A stretch of 64,000 nucleotides of DNA from Anthoceros angustus (Eukaryota; Plantae; Anthocerotophyta), in assembly GCA_010909165.1 (NCBI GenBank), contig MU008163.1:1054001-1118000 (forward strand), written 5' to 3'. Both the position numbers and the translations under genes were made by a program. Shown piece after piece: positions 1-12,480 of the stretch. Each line of letters opens with the position of its first letter. Position 1 is the first letter of the stretch. Below the pieces are notes generated by a model. It was not told the origin of the DNA. It saw nothing but the letters and a program-made list of their open reading frames with translations, and searched no databases.

Positions 1-275
1 CCCATCAGAAAACTACTAGTAAGAACCACCAGAAACTATGAGCATATCATGCACTTGATGGGGATCAACCGCGGACGGTTTCAACAGATTAGCAGCCTCC
101 GTTGGCGAGGATCGATCTCCACCTGCCATTCTTCAAGCTGTGGACACTGTCACCTCACAAACTGTGAATAAAGGACTGCAACGTGCAGTGCACCTGCCGC
201 CAAAGAGGCTGCCAGATGCAGACACGCAAGGACTTGGACTGAAGGAGAGCTCAATTCTGCGGGCTGCTGCCATGC

Positions 276-779
276 TTAGTAACCGCACAGCCCGAAGACG
301 CACGACTCCCCATATGCGCATTTCTTCTTGCATCCACCGCAGTTATGCTTGTCCCGATTCACATTCTTGCACTTCCCGGAGCAGCAGATACGGCCGGCCT
401 CGCAGGTGTGATAGCATTTGCCGCAGTGCTCGGGGTTCGTGTCCAGGTCGTAGCAAGACGCCCCGCAGCATGCGTTGTTTGGAATTTTGCTGTTCAGACA
501 GGCAGAAGGCTGGATGACGCAGCCACCGCGGGGTCGCCCCGACGTGTATCCTCCCCCACCATAAGAAGAGCTCGCGGTGTTCAATGTCACCCCAGCAGTT
601 CTCGTCTGCGGCTCCCAGACGCTTCTCGGGACAGAGCTGACCCCTTCCCGCTCTTCATTCAATGCAAAACTCTCAGCGCCTTTCCCGTCGGCCTCCACAC
701 CCCATGAACTCACACAAAGCAGCACAAGCACTGCCGCCGTCACCATCACCATCTTCAAACATGCGAAGTATACTGCCAT
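276..779 (-). CDS. STIG1-family (stigma-specific protein 1-like) cysteine-rich secreted protein, copy 1
   Basis: 167 aa ORF with hydrophobic signal peptide (VTAAVLVLLCVSSWGVEA) and the STIG1 cysteine pattern CCGASCYDLDTNPEHCGKC..C..GRICCSGKCKNVNRDKHNCGGC..KC.YGESCVFGLCGY*. Confidence 0.88.
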   Translation of the reverse strand: MAVYFACLKMVMVTAAVLVLLCVSSWGVEADGKGAESFALNEEREGVSSVPRSVWEPQTRTAGVTLNTASSSYGGGGYTSGRPRGGCVIQPSACLNSKIPNNACCGASCYDLDTNPEHCGKCYHTCEAGRICCSGKCKNVNRDKHNCGGCKKKCAYGESCVFGLCGY

Positions 780-1780
780 CGAAACCTACCAGGAAATCCA
801 CAAATCCGTCATCACACAGCGGGAACCAAACACGCTCTTCACTCACAGCAACAAAATCCTCACCAACACCCGCATTCATGAATTCACGGTACCTCGAGCT
901 CGAGACCAAACCTCAGCTGCAGCCCCGATCGAGCTAAATCCACGCCAATGCCGCCTCCCGAACCAGATCAAACAGCGCTCTTGAAATTCGGCTCGCTATC
1001 AGTCTCGAAACCGGCCGATCGCCTTCCGCAGATGCCACGGAATGCTATCGGAAGGTCGGCAACAACGCGAGTGCGACAGGGCAAGCGGCGCCCACGATTC
1101 GCGTCACCAACAAAGCAGAAACTGGAAACCGATAGAGCGGGAGCTTCGCGCGTGAGCCCGCCACGAGCCAAGTGTGCCTGGTAACCTACGTGCGCCCGCG
1201 TGGACCTCCATATAACTTCATTTCGCATCATTCCAAAGAGGCCTCCATTTCTTTCCGCCATCTTTCGTAAGCTTATCCTGCAATAAGAAGGGTCATCATG
1301 AAAGCAAGGCGCCCGCCACAATTCCGCTTTAACTGCAGTTGAGCTCGAGTTAACAATAGTTAAGTCACCCGAGGCCAAGAACCTCACGGCTCGTAATGGC
1401 CTTGGAGTTGAATGAACTAAACCCGCCCGTAGGTGACCGCCCACGAGCGTTATGTGGGAGGCAGGTCCTTTCGCGCTCGCGCTCCCGCTCCCGCGACCAG
1501 TTCGTTATTAACCACCTTCAGGGGCGGCAACCCGCTGGGCGCCGACCACAGGACGGCGACCGGGGCGTTCCTGTAGCTAGGGCTTTGCAGGTAAGCTGCC
1601 CGCGCTTGCCGCGCTGCCCGGGGCGTGAGCCGCGATCATGAATTGATGCCTGTTCCACTGGACAAGCACACACCGAGTGTAGGCGACGAGTGCAACTTGT
1701 GAGACGCGCTGCTAGCTCGTGTTCAGTGATTCGCGTCTCGTGTCCAGATCGCGGCGAGCGCTGTTGGAAGCGCGCAAGCT

Positions 1781-2826
1781 ATGGCGGCAGAGGATGTGGA
1801 TGCGGGATGGGGTGGATTGGTGGCGGAGGGAGCGGGTATGAGGCTACCGGGATCTATTCCAGCAAGCTCCCTACCATCACGTTGCCGGACGGGAACTCGG
1901 CAGCGGGATTGTGAATCACATTTTCGAGGAGACGCGGAAGCATGGACGGTGGGAGAAGGTCGCCTTGGTGGATGCCACAACCGGGGAGGCGCTCACGTTC
2001 CGACAGCTGGAGGAGAAGGTGAACAGGGCCATGGCTCTGCTGCCGTTCGCCGGGCCGACGTATGGCGATCATGCACTGTTTCTTGCTCCTAACTCGTTGG
2101 AAATGATTGTGGCTCTGCTGGCGTGTTTGCGCGGGTGCGGTCGTGCTCCCTGCTAATCCTGCGTACACGGCGGACGAGCTGGAGAGGATCTTCGGGGATC
2201 ATCTAAGGTTTGGTGCCGTGTTCACCACTCCGGATGTGATTGACAGGATGCGAGCTGAATCGAAGACGTCCTTCTGGGACTCGAAAAAGATGCCAGCATT
2301 TATCATCGGAAAGGCGGATCCGAAATGGAAGAGAGGGGAGTTCGATTGGACGCTTGCTGACATGTTCGGCGATGTATTTGCTTTGGACCGCTATGTATAT
2401 AAGATACCGCAGAACTGGGAAGCTCTGATGCTGCTGTCCTCTGGTACCACGGGGGTGAGCAAGGCGACAGTCCTGACGCATAAGAACCTTATAGCATTTA
2501 CGACTATCTACAACGGTAATCCCGTGAATGGAACCAAGGATGATGATGTTTACGTGTGCTCGACCCTCAGTTCCACATATACGGCCTCGTCGTCGTCACA
2601 CTGGCAAACCTTGTGAGGGGGCTACTGTAGTCGTGATGCCCAAGTACTCTTTGCATGGTCTTCTGAAAGCTGTGGAGGAGTTCCGTGTCACCTATTTGCC
2701 TATTGTGCCTCCCATCGTGCTAGACATCCTGAACTTAAGTGAAGAGGAGCTGCGCAAGTATGACCTGTCTTCCGTGACTCTGATCAGCTGCGGGCCTGCA
2801 CCACTGAAGCAGGAGACCATTGAACG
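1781..2826 (+). pseudogene. 4-coumarate-CoA ligase-like acyl-CoA synthetase, copy 1 (exon 1 only, 3'-truncated)
   Basis: AMP-binding motif [17 protein letters not shown]; near-identical to 6900-7947; breaks at GAGACCATTGAACG|GCAAAA where the STIG1 downstream flank restarts. Confidence 0.85.
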
Positions 2827-3222
2827 GCAAAAACAGCCTCATTCTGTCATCCCCACTTGTCAATTCCTATTCTTTAGAAAACAACTAACAGTCGGCCTTC
2901 AGAACACAGGAATGTCCAGCACCACATCTGTGCTAGACTTCCATCTCCCCATCAGAAAACTACTAGTAAGAACCACCAGAAACTATGAGCATATCATGCA
3001 CTTGATGGGGATCAACCGCGGACGGTTTCAACAGATTAGCAGCCTCCGTTGGCGAGGATCGATCTCCACCTGCCATTCTTCAAGCTGTGGACACTGTCAC
3101 CTCACAAACTGTGAATAAAGGACTGCAACGTGCAGTGCACCTGCCGCCAAAGAGGCTGCCAGATGCAGACACGCAAGGACTTGGACTGAAGGAGAGCTCA
3201 ATTCTGCGGGCTGCTGCCATGC

Positions 3223-3719
3223 TTAGTAACCGCACAGCCCCGAAGACGCACGACTCCCCATATGCGCATTTCTTCTTGCATCCACCGCAGTTATGCTTGT
3301 CCCGATTCACATTCTTGCACTTCCCGGAGCAGCAGATACGGCCGGCCTCGCAGGTGTGATAGCATTTGCCGCAGTGCTCGGGGTTCGTGTCCAGGTCGTA
3401 GCAAGACGCCCCGCAGCATGCGTTGTTTGGAATTTTGCTGTTCAGACAGGCAGAAGGCTGGATGACGCAGCCACCGGGTCGCCCGACGTATCCTCCCCAC
3501 CATAAGAAGAGCTCGCGGTGTTCAATGTCACCCCAGCAGTTCTCGTCTGCGGCTCCCAGACGCTTCTCGGGACAGAGCTGACCCTTCCGCTCTTCATTCA
3601 ATGCAAAACTCTCAGCGCCTTTCCCGTCGGCCTCCACACCCCATGAACTCACACAAAAGCAGCACAAGCACTGCCGCCGTCACCATCACCATCTTCAAAC
3701 ATGCGAAGTATACTGCCAT
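3223..3719 (-). pseudogene. STIG1-family protein, copy 2 (frameshifted in this sequence)
   Basis: Near-identical to 276-779 with several short indels, mostly in homopolymers (e.g. extra C at ~3241, extra A at ~3658); may be intact in vivo. Confidence 0.8.
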
Positions 3720-4489
3720 CGAAACCTACCAGGAAATCCACAAATCCGTCATCACACAGCGGGAACCAAACACGCTCTTCACTCACAGCAACAAAATCCT
3801 CACCAACACCCGCATTCATGAATTCACGGTACCTCGAGCTCGAGACCAAACCTCAGCTGCAGCCCCGATCGAGCTAAATCCACGCCAATGCCGCCTCCCG
3901 AACCAGATCAAACAGCGCTCTTGAAATTCGGCTCGCTATCAGTCTCGAAACCGGCCGATCGCCTTCCGCAGATGCCACGGAATGCTATCGGAAGGTCGGC
4001 AACAACGCGAGTGCGACAGGGCAAGCGGCGCCCACGATTCGCGTCACCAACAAAGCAGAAACTGGAAACCGATAGAGCGGGAGCTTCGCGCGTGAGCCCG
4101 CCACGAGCCAAGTGTGCCTGGTAACCTACGTGCGCCCGCGTGGACCTACATATAACTTCATTTCGCATCATTCCAAAGAGGCCTCCATTTCTTTCCGCCA
4201 TCTTTCGTAAGCTTATCCCGCAATAAGAGAAGGGTCATCATGGAAGCAAGGCGCCCGCCACAATTCCGCTTTAACTGCAGTTGAGCTCGAGTTAACAATA
4301 GTTAAGTCACCCGAGGCCAAGAACCTCACGGCTCGTAATGGCCTTGGAGTTGAATGAACTAAACCCGCCCGTAGGTGACCGCCCACGAGCGTTATGTGGG
4401 AGGCAGGTCCTTTCGCGCTCGCGCTCCGCTCCCGCGACCAGTTCGTTATTAACCACCTTCAGGGGCGGCAACCCGCTGGGCGCCGACCA

Positions 4490-6360
4490 CAGGATGCGAG
4501 CTGAATCGAAGACGTCCTTCTGGGACTCGAAAAGATGCCAGCATTTATCATCGGAGAGGCGGATCCGAAATGGAAGAGAGGGAGTTGATTGCACGCTTGC
4601 TGACATGTTCAAAGATGTATTTGCTTTGGACCGCTATGTATATAAGATACCGCAGAACTGGGAAGCTCTGATGCTGCTGTCCTCTGGTACCACGGGGGTG
4701 AGCAAGGCGACAGTCCTGACGCATAAGAACCTTATAGCATTTACGACTATCTACAACGGTAATCCCGTGAATGGAACCAAGGATGATGATGTTTACGTGT
4801 GCTCGACTCCTCAGTTCCACGTATACGGCCTCGTAGTGCTCACACTGGCAAACCTTGTGAGGGGGGCTACTGTAGTCGTGATGCCCAAGTACTCTTTGCA
4901 TGGTCTTCTGAAAGCTGTGGAGGAGTTCCGTGTCACCTATTTGCCTATTGTGCCTCCCATCGTGCTAGACATCCTGAACTTAAGTGAAGAGGAGCTGCGC
5001 AAGTATGACCTGTCTTCCGTGACTCTGATCAGCTGCGGGGCTGCACCACTGAAGCAGGAGACCATTGAACGATTCGTTGCCCGCTTCCCAGGGGCCAAGT
5101 TCCTGCAGGTATATCTCATGGAGTGAGGCTAACTTGATGATCATCCGGATCTGATTAATTCGGGGATGGTGTTAGATTTGAAGTGACTTCCTTTCTGTTG
5201 CCGATTCTTTGATCACGCACTGACCTGAGACTGCGTAATTTCGCTGTGGCATGGTTACGGTATGACGGAGACTTCCGCCCTGGGGCAACCTTTCCTGCCG
5301 TTGGTTACAGGCCAGATTACTTTGGATCTGTGGGCCTTTTGCACTCCAGCACTGAAGCGAGAGTCGTCGATACGCAGACGGGAGCATTTCTTGGCCCGAA
5401 TAAACAAGGGGAGCTCTGGTTTCGAAGTCCTGGAAACATGAAAGGTTGGGAGGATACTTTTTGCGCCAGAACTTTCGACTGCTGCCACCACAACTCGTTA
5501 CATGCATAGTCGATCACCTTAAATTAGCTGTCCAGAGTACAGATTCATGGGCTACACTAACTTCACTCCATGCAGGTTATAAGGGTAACCCTGAAGGCAA
5601 CTCTTGAGGCTATTGACAAAGACGGGTGGCTTCATTCGGGAGATGTGGGCTACATCAACGAGGATGGGTTTCTATACATTATCGATCGCATCAAAGAGAT
5701 CATCAAGTACAAGGGATTTCAGGTATAGCTTATGACCGTAGATATGCATTCTTTACACGTGTATGGTAAATGATGCACTGAAAGTTCACTACATCATCTG
5801 ACATACTGTACTAGTTAGTATGCCAGCTGAGACACTCTTGCAAACATTTGACGCCCGCAACAATTCTGGACATGTATGTGGCTATTGCAGGTTGCACCTG
5901 CAGAACTTGAAGGACTGCTACTCATTCATCCTGAAATTCAAGATGCCGCTGTGATACCGTGAGCAGCCTGAAGACCCTTTCCTTCCATATTTCCTTCAAC
6001 TTTTGCAACATGTATAAAACTGAAATTTATGCTGATATATCATGCTCGTCTATGCATGCAGTTACCCTGACGATATCGCTGAGAGATACCCATGGCTTTC
6101 CTTGTGCGCGTGCCTGGGGCCCGCTATAACCGAAGAGGATGTGAAACAATACATCGCAGACAAGGTAATTTGCGCGCATGTAGAGGCCGCATATGTGTGT
6201 GGATGTGTACAAATGCTGTGGTCTGCCGTTCACTCTTTCTTGGAGCAAACCATTACGTGTATTCATTTGGAAATTCACGCATTTGAAATTCGTAAACTTT
6301 ATGGCAGGTAGTTGCTTACAAGAAAATTGAAAAGTAGAGTTCATCGACAGCATTCCAAAG
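4490..6360 (+). pseudogene. 4CL-like acyl-CoA synthetase, copy 2 (5' part of exon 1 deleted, last exon truncated)
   Basis: SSGTTG, (G)YGMTE, GELW and GWLHSGD motifs with the same introns as copy 3; upstream region fused into exon 1 at ACAGGA; ends at CATTCCAAAG where the promoter sequence restarts. Confidence 0.85.
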
Positions 6361-6899
6361 AGGCCTCCATTTCTTTCCGCCATCTTTCGTAAGCTTATCC
6401 CGCAATAAGAGAAGGGTCATCATGGAAGCAAGGCGCCCGCCACAATTCCGCTTTAACTGCAGTTGAGCTCGAGTTAACAATAGTTAAGTCACCCGAGGCC
6501 AAGAACCTCACGGCTCGTAATGGCCTTGGAGTTGAATGAACTAAACCCGCCCGTAGGTGACCGCCCACGAGCGTTATGTGGGAGGCAGGTCCTTTCGCGC
6601 TCGCGCTCCCGCTCCCGCGACCAGTTCGTTATTAACCACCTTCAGGGGCGGCAACCCGCTGGGCGCCGACCACAGGCCGGGGCGTTCCTGTAGCTAGGGC
6701 TTTGCAGGTAAGCTGCCCGCGCTTGCCGCGCTGCCCGGGGCGTGAGCCGCGATCATGAATTGATGCCTGTTCCACTGGACAAGCACACACCGAGTGTAGG
6801 CGACGAGTGCAACTTGTGAGACGCGCTGCTAGCTCGTGTTCAGTGATTCGCGTCTCGTGTCCAGATCGCGGCCAGAGCGCTTTTGGAAGCGCGCAAGCT

Positions 6900-9320
6900 A
6901 TGGCGGCAGAGGATGTGGATGCGGGATGGGGTGGATTGGTGGCGGAGGGGAGCGGGTATGATGAGGCTACCGGGATCTATTCCAGCAAGCTCCCTACCAT
7001 CACGTTGCCGGACGGGAACTCGGCAGCGGGGATTGTGAATCACATTTTCGAGGAGACGCGGAAGCATGGACGGTGGGAGAAGGTCGCCTTGGTGGATGCC
7101 ACAACCGGGGAGGCGCTCACGTTCCGACAGCTGGAGGAGAAGGTGAACAGGGCCATGGCTCTGCTGCCGTTCGCGGGCCGACGTATGGCGATCATGCACT
7201 GTTTCTTGCTCCTAACTCGTTGGAAATGATTGTGGCTCTGCTGGCGTGTTTGCGCGGGTGCGGTCGTGCTCCCTGCTAATCCTGCGTACACGGCGGACGA
7301 GCTGGAGAGGATCTTCGGGGATCATCTAAGGTTTGGTGCCGTGTTCACCACTCCGGATGTGATTGACAGGATGCGAGCTGAATCGAAGACGTCCTTCTGG
7401 GACTCGAAAAAGATGCCAGCATTTATCATCGGAAAGGCGGATCCGAAATGGAAGAGAGGGGAGTTCGATTGGACGCTTGCTGACATGTTCGGCGATGTAT
7501 TTGCTTTGGACCGCTATGTATATAAGATACCGCAGAACTGGGAAGCTCTGATGCTGCTGTCCTCTGGCACCACGGGGTGAGCAAGGCGACAGTCCTGACG
7601 CATAAGAACCTTATAGCATTTACGACTATCTTCAACGGTAATCCCGTGAATGGAACCAAGGATGATGATATCTACGTGTGCTCGACCCTCAGTTCCACAT
7701 ATACGGCCTCGTCGTCGTCACACTGGCAAACCTTGTGAGGGGGCTACTGTAGTCGTGATGCCCAAGTACTCTTTGCATGGTCTTCTGAAAGCTGTGGAGG
7801 AGTTCCGTGTCACCTATTTGCCTATTGTGCCTCCCATCGTGCTAGACATCCTGAACTTAAGTGAAGAGGAGCTGCGCAAGTATGACCTGTCTTCCGTGAC
7901 TCTGATCAGCTGCGGGCCTGCACCACTGAAGCAGGAGACCATTGAACGATTCGTTGCCCGCTTCCCAGGGGCCAAGTTCCTGCAGGTATATCTCATGGAG
8001 TGAGGCTAACTTGATGATCATCCGGATCTGATTAATTCGGGGATGGTGTTAGATTTGAAGTGACTTCCTTTCTGTTGCCGAATCTTTGATCACGCACTGA
8101 CCTGAGACTGCGTAATTTCGCTGTGTGGCAGGGTTACGGTATGACGGAGACTTCCGCCCTGGGAGCAACCTTTCCTGCCGTTGGTTACAGGCCAGATTAC
8201 TTTGGATCTGTGGGCCTTTTGCACTCCAGCACTGAAGCGAGAGTCGTCGATACGCAGACGGGAGCATTTCTTGGCCCGAATAAACAAGGGGAGCTCTGGT
8301 TTCGAAGTCCTGGAAACATGAAAGGTTGGGAGGATACTTTTTGCGCCAGAACTTTCGACTGCTGCCACCACAACTCGTTACATGCACGCGCAGTCGATCA
8401 CCTTAAATTAGCTGTCCAGAGTACAGATTCATGGGCTACACTAACTTCACTCCATGCAGGTTATAAGGGTAACCCGAAGGCAACTCTTGAGGCTATTGAC
8501 AAAGACGGGTGGCTTCATTCGGGAGATGTGGGCTACATCAACGAGGATGGGTTTCTATACATTATCGATCGCATCAAAGAGATCATCAAGTACAAGGGAT
8601 TTCAGGTATAGCTTATGACCGTAGATATGCATTCTTTACACGTGTATGGTAAATGATGCACTGAAAGTTCACTACATCATCTGACATACTGTACTAGTTA
8701 GTATGCCAGCTGAGACACTCTTGCAAACATTTGACGCCCGCAACAATTCTGGACATGTATGTGGCTATTGCAGGTTGCACCTGCAGAACTTGAAGGACTG
8801 CTACTCATTCATCCTGAAATTCAAGATGCCGCTGTGATACCGTGAGCAGCCTGAAGACCCTTTCCTTCCATATTTCCTTCAACTTTTGCAACATGTATAA
8901 AAACTGAAATTTATGCTGATATATCATGCTCGTCTATGCATGCAGTTACCCTGACGATATCGCTGGAGAGATACCCATGGCTTTCCTTGTGCGCGTGCCT
9001 GGGGCCGCTATAACCGAAGAGGATGTGAAACAATACATCGCAGACAAGGTAATTTGCGCGCATGTAGAGGCCGCATATGTGTGTGGATGTGTACAAATGC
9101 TGTGGTCTGCCGTTCACTCTTTCTTGGAGCAAACCATTACGTGTATTCATTTGGAAATTCACGCATTTGAAATTCGTAAACTTTATGGCAGGTAGTTGCT
9201 TACAAGAAAATTCGAAAAGTAGAGTTCATCGACAGCATTCCAAAGCTGCCTTCAGGAAAGATACTACGCAGAGTGCTCGTCCAGCAGGCAAGACTCAGCG
9301 TGCCGACACCGAAGCTGTGA
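6900..9320 (+). CDS. Peroxisomal 4-coumarate-CoA ligase-like acyl-CoA synthetase, full-length copy 3; exons ~6900-7985, 8132-8324, 8460-8605, 8774-8841, 8946-9048, 9192-9320
   Basis: Motifs SSGTTG, Q|[34 protein letters not shown]|[19 protein letters not shown]; five GT-AG introns; C-terminal PKL* (PTS1-type). Several small frameshifts in exon 1. Confidence 0.88.
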
Positions 9321-9450
9321 CCCGAAGCAGATTGACGGATATTCGCAGATTTTAGGATAGTGGGACGTCTTCCACGAATTTCATCATCCTGCTAGGTGCT
9401 TTTCATAAGGACCGATACAAACACCATGACTCAGGATATAGTCGTCATAT

Positions 9451-9987
9451 TGCCTTAAAAACTTAATTCAATCGATATTGTCATATTATGCCTTAAAAAC
9501 TTAATTCAATTGCCTTAAAAACTTAATTCAATCAGAATATCCAATAGAATGACTCACTCAGATACATTCATTATGCATCAAAACTTAAATCAATTAGGAC
9601 ATCTACCAGAATCGACTAAGAGCGAAAACTTAAATCAATCCAAACATCTACCATAATCGACTAAGAGCGAAAACTTAAATCAATCAGAACATCTACCATA
9701 ATTGACTAAGAGCGAATGTATTGGTCAAGGATGTCACCATACCATTAAGTACTAGAGACACTATCACGATCGTGAGAGCTAAAGACTCACAAGACCACTC
9801 GTTTACGTTGGTCTCGATTCTAAATGGTTGCTAGTACCTTCTACCATAATTGACTAAGAGCTAATGTATTGGTCAAGGATGTCACCATACCATAAAGTAC
9901 TAGAGACACTATCACGATCGTGAGAGCTAAAGACTCACAAGACTACTCGTTTATGTTGGTCTCGATTCTAAATGGTTGCTAGTACCT
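9451..9987. repeat. Composite tandem repeats: TGCCTTAAAAACTTAATTCAAT x3, ~45-bp unit x3 (~9580-9714), 148-bp duplication (9692-9839 / 9840-9987)
   Basis: Direct alignment by eye. Confidence 0.9.
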
Positions 9988-10020
9988 GTGGTTTGAAGGT
10001 AACCGTTTTGAGCTCTCACA

Positions 10021-10087
10021 TGTTAGTTTTGTTTTCTAAAGAATAGGAATTGACAAGTGGAGGATAACATAATGAGATTATTTTGCC
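10021..10087. repeat. Inverted homolog of 2826-2890
   Basis: GTTTTCTAAAGAATAGGAATTGACAAGTGG (10031-10060) is the exact reverse complement of 2853-2882, with further partial matches on both sides. Confidence 0.85.
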
Positions 10088-10879
10088 ACTCAATGCACTA
10101 GGCACGTGCATCGAACGAGATGCAGTTCTAGCGTTCTAGTTCAACTTTAAATTGTTCGAAAGTCTATGTATGTAGCCGTTACTTAGGCCCTAGCTTCAGG
10201 TGTCCTCTAAGCTCATGCTCATGAGCCTTGTGTGTGTCCTGAATTACCCTCCGAGCCCAAATAATTTTTTAATCAGAAAAAAACGATTGCAACTAGGGGA
10301 AAAAAAGATCACAATTGCAAATATTGAGGGCTAGAGTCAGTATGAGTATGAGTGAGAGGAAGCCCAACTTGTTCATAGCAAGAAAACGTACCAATATCGA
10401 AGACAATGACAAAAAACCATCGTGAAGATTAAAGAGTTTGAACAAGGCCATGCTTAATTGAGAAGGCCTGGCCCCAAATTAAGCACCTTTCAAAGTTTCT
10501 TACCTTTTTGGGCCAAAACACAGAGCATTTGATTTAATTTTTTTTCAAAATAACACACCCTCCTTATCATTGTCTATCCAACGAGCCAACTCCCATGTCA
10601 TTCCACCCATTGTTGCTCTTACAATTGCCAAATTTTCATTGGAAGTTCCGTTCCGCAAAATTACTCAACGCCAACGTTGGCTAACCTCCCTCACTTAATC
10701 CATTGCCCAAACCAACAAGCACATTGCGAAGCTCCTTATGATGCAAGAGAAGAAAATGATTAGCAATAAGTGTCTGGTTTATATACAAGATCATGGTAAC
10801 TGTTTTAATGGTAGACTGGCGGTTTATACTGGTAACTGATGTAACTACGTAAACGGTTAACTTAAGTCTAATTAAGACT

Positions 10880-11676
10880 AGGGTGTAAGCCGGAGCGTGC
10901 CCTAAAGCCTAGCTCCGGATCTATCAGCGCTAGGCTCAGTCCTCCTGTCACTTCCTTCTTGAGTGTCACCGCCACCGAGTCGCTGAGATCCAAGGCCTCT
11001 AAGAATTCATCCCCGTCTTTTTTCTTTTTGGAAATCCGCTTTTATCTGTACTGCCATGGCCTTCATTTGTTCCTCCTGTTCTAGCAGCCTGCCTTCATGC
11101 TTCGCCATCTTCTGTTCGTGTTCTGTGAGTCGAGCTTCTATTTGTGCTATCAATGAGGCCAATTTGAAAGCTGTCTCCACAACTGGGGGGATTGTGCTCT
11201 CAATTATGTAGGCATTTGCTCTAGTATGACTCCATTCTCGAACTTGAGTTGCAGGCTCCCATGCTCCTCTCCTTGGCCCATCTCAAAAATTAGGTTCGGC
11301 TCTTGTGTGCAGGGCTCATCCTCCTCTGGTGTCCATCATTGGATGCGTTTACTTTTGCCGAACTCAGAGATCCGCCTCTGTCCTTGGGTGGACCCAAAAC
11401 CACCAGGTTGTCCCTGCCCATCACTCAGTGAGTTGTATTCAGAGTCAACAGGGTCACTCCCGATGCCCAGCGGTGGGGGCTGCATCTTGCTAGACTCCAT
11501 GTTGCTTTCCATGTTAGATCCTGACGCTGTTAGGCCACCATTTTCGGGCGAGATGCTCGGGGATTTCATGTTCTTTCCCTCCGAGAAAGCACTGTACTGT
11601 TGGCTCGTCTTTGTAGCTCTTTGGCTTTGCTCCTCGTGAGGAGGGTGCTACCTTCGCCCTTCTCTCTGTTAGGTAA
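10880..11676 (-). pseudogene. Decayed coiled-coil ORF, possibly retroelement ORF1/gag-like
   Basis: Minus-strand frame continuing from ORF 11336-11569 through stops into LIAQIEARLTEHEQKMAKHEGRLLEQEEQMKAM; no diagnostic motif. Confidence 0.3.
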
Positions 11677-12480
11677 AACATGATAATTTTTGAAGGGGGG
11701 GAATATAGTAACCCCCTTCGGTCGAGACAGCACCCCCTTGTCACGATGTACACCCTTCCTGTAACAGCATATCTACCCTACTTTGATAATGCGCGCACCC
11801 TTTCTGAGGTCATACCTTTGATAAAAGACGCACTTTCAAGTCTACACCCGAGAACTGGAGCACAGTAGGGTGTGGGCCCGTCTATGTTTTTGTAGAATGC
11901 ATAGAGGGCTCCCATTTTCATATGTTTATTACAACCGAAAACTTTTACTTTCAAGTGGTGGAACACAATGAAAACAATCCCGTACTAGCGGGAGTCTCAT
12001 TTCAATGGTCGTGAGAACATTGCAACAAACAACTGCTAAAGGAGGAAGTGGTCATCAGCATCGACAATAGTCATTCAAGAGTGCGGCTTGGCGACTCATC
12101 TATGCCTTGCGCCGAAACTGAGTCAAGTACCGCCGCCATATTCCGGAGGCGGTCTATATCCTCCGCCTCAAAGTTGTCGTTCTCCTCCATTGCTTGCTCG
12201 TCTTCAATAGTACCATTCTTGGGCCCAGCGTCCAATGGTGTCGACTACCACATAGCATCTAGCGTCTGCTGACCCTCATCCAGAAGGTCGCCAGTCATGG
12301 TCTTCAACCTTCTGGCACTCAATGCAACCACTTAGGCTTTAAGGCAATGTCAGCGTCCTTAAAATGAACAAAGTTAGTTGCCCATGCGCCCATGCAAGCA
12401 TCCTTAAAATTAACAAAATTGAGTTGTTAAAGGGATACGGGTTTCGAGCACGAAACCTATTCATTACTACATTCTTTTCC
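11677..12480. mobile_element. Copy C (remnant) of the methyltransferase-carrying TIR transposon: left TIR plus 3' tail of the MTase gene
   Basis: AACATGATAATTTTTGAAGGGGGGGAATATAGTAACCCCCTTC aligns with the TIRs of copies A and B. Minus strand ~12060-12358 reads VVALSARRLKTMTGDLLDEGQQTLDAMW versus copy A VVSLSVRLKTKTGALLTEGQQSLDSVW. Confidence 0.75.

Larger units (their letters stand above)
1..9320. repeat. Tandem segmental amplification of the STIG1/4CL-like block (units ~<1-2826, 2827-6360, 6361-9320)
   Basis: Position 1 matches 2948; 1231-1550 recurs at 4171-4490 and from 6352; 4CL exons occur two to three times. Confidence 0.92.

Noticed and set aside
133-1700. Overlapping or antisense ORFs around STIG1 and in the intergenic region
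   Set aside because: Shadow frames in GC-rich DNA with no motifs.
9451-9720. CRISPR-like array
   Set aside because: Units are contiguous tandem repeats without unique spacers of regular length; no cas genes; eukaryotic context.
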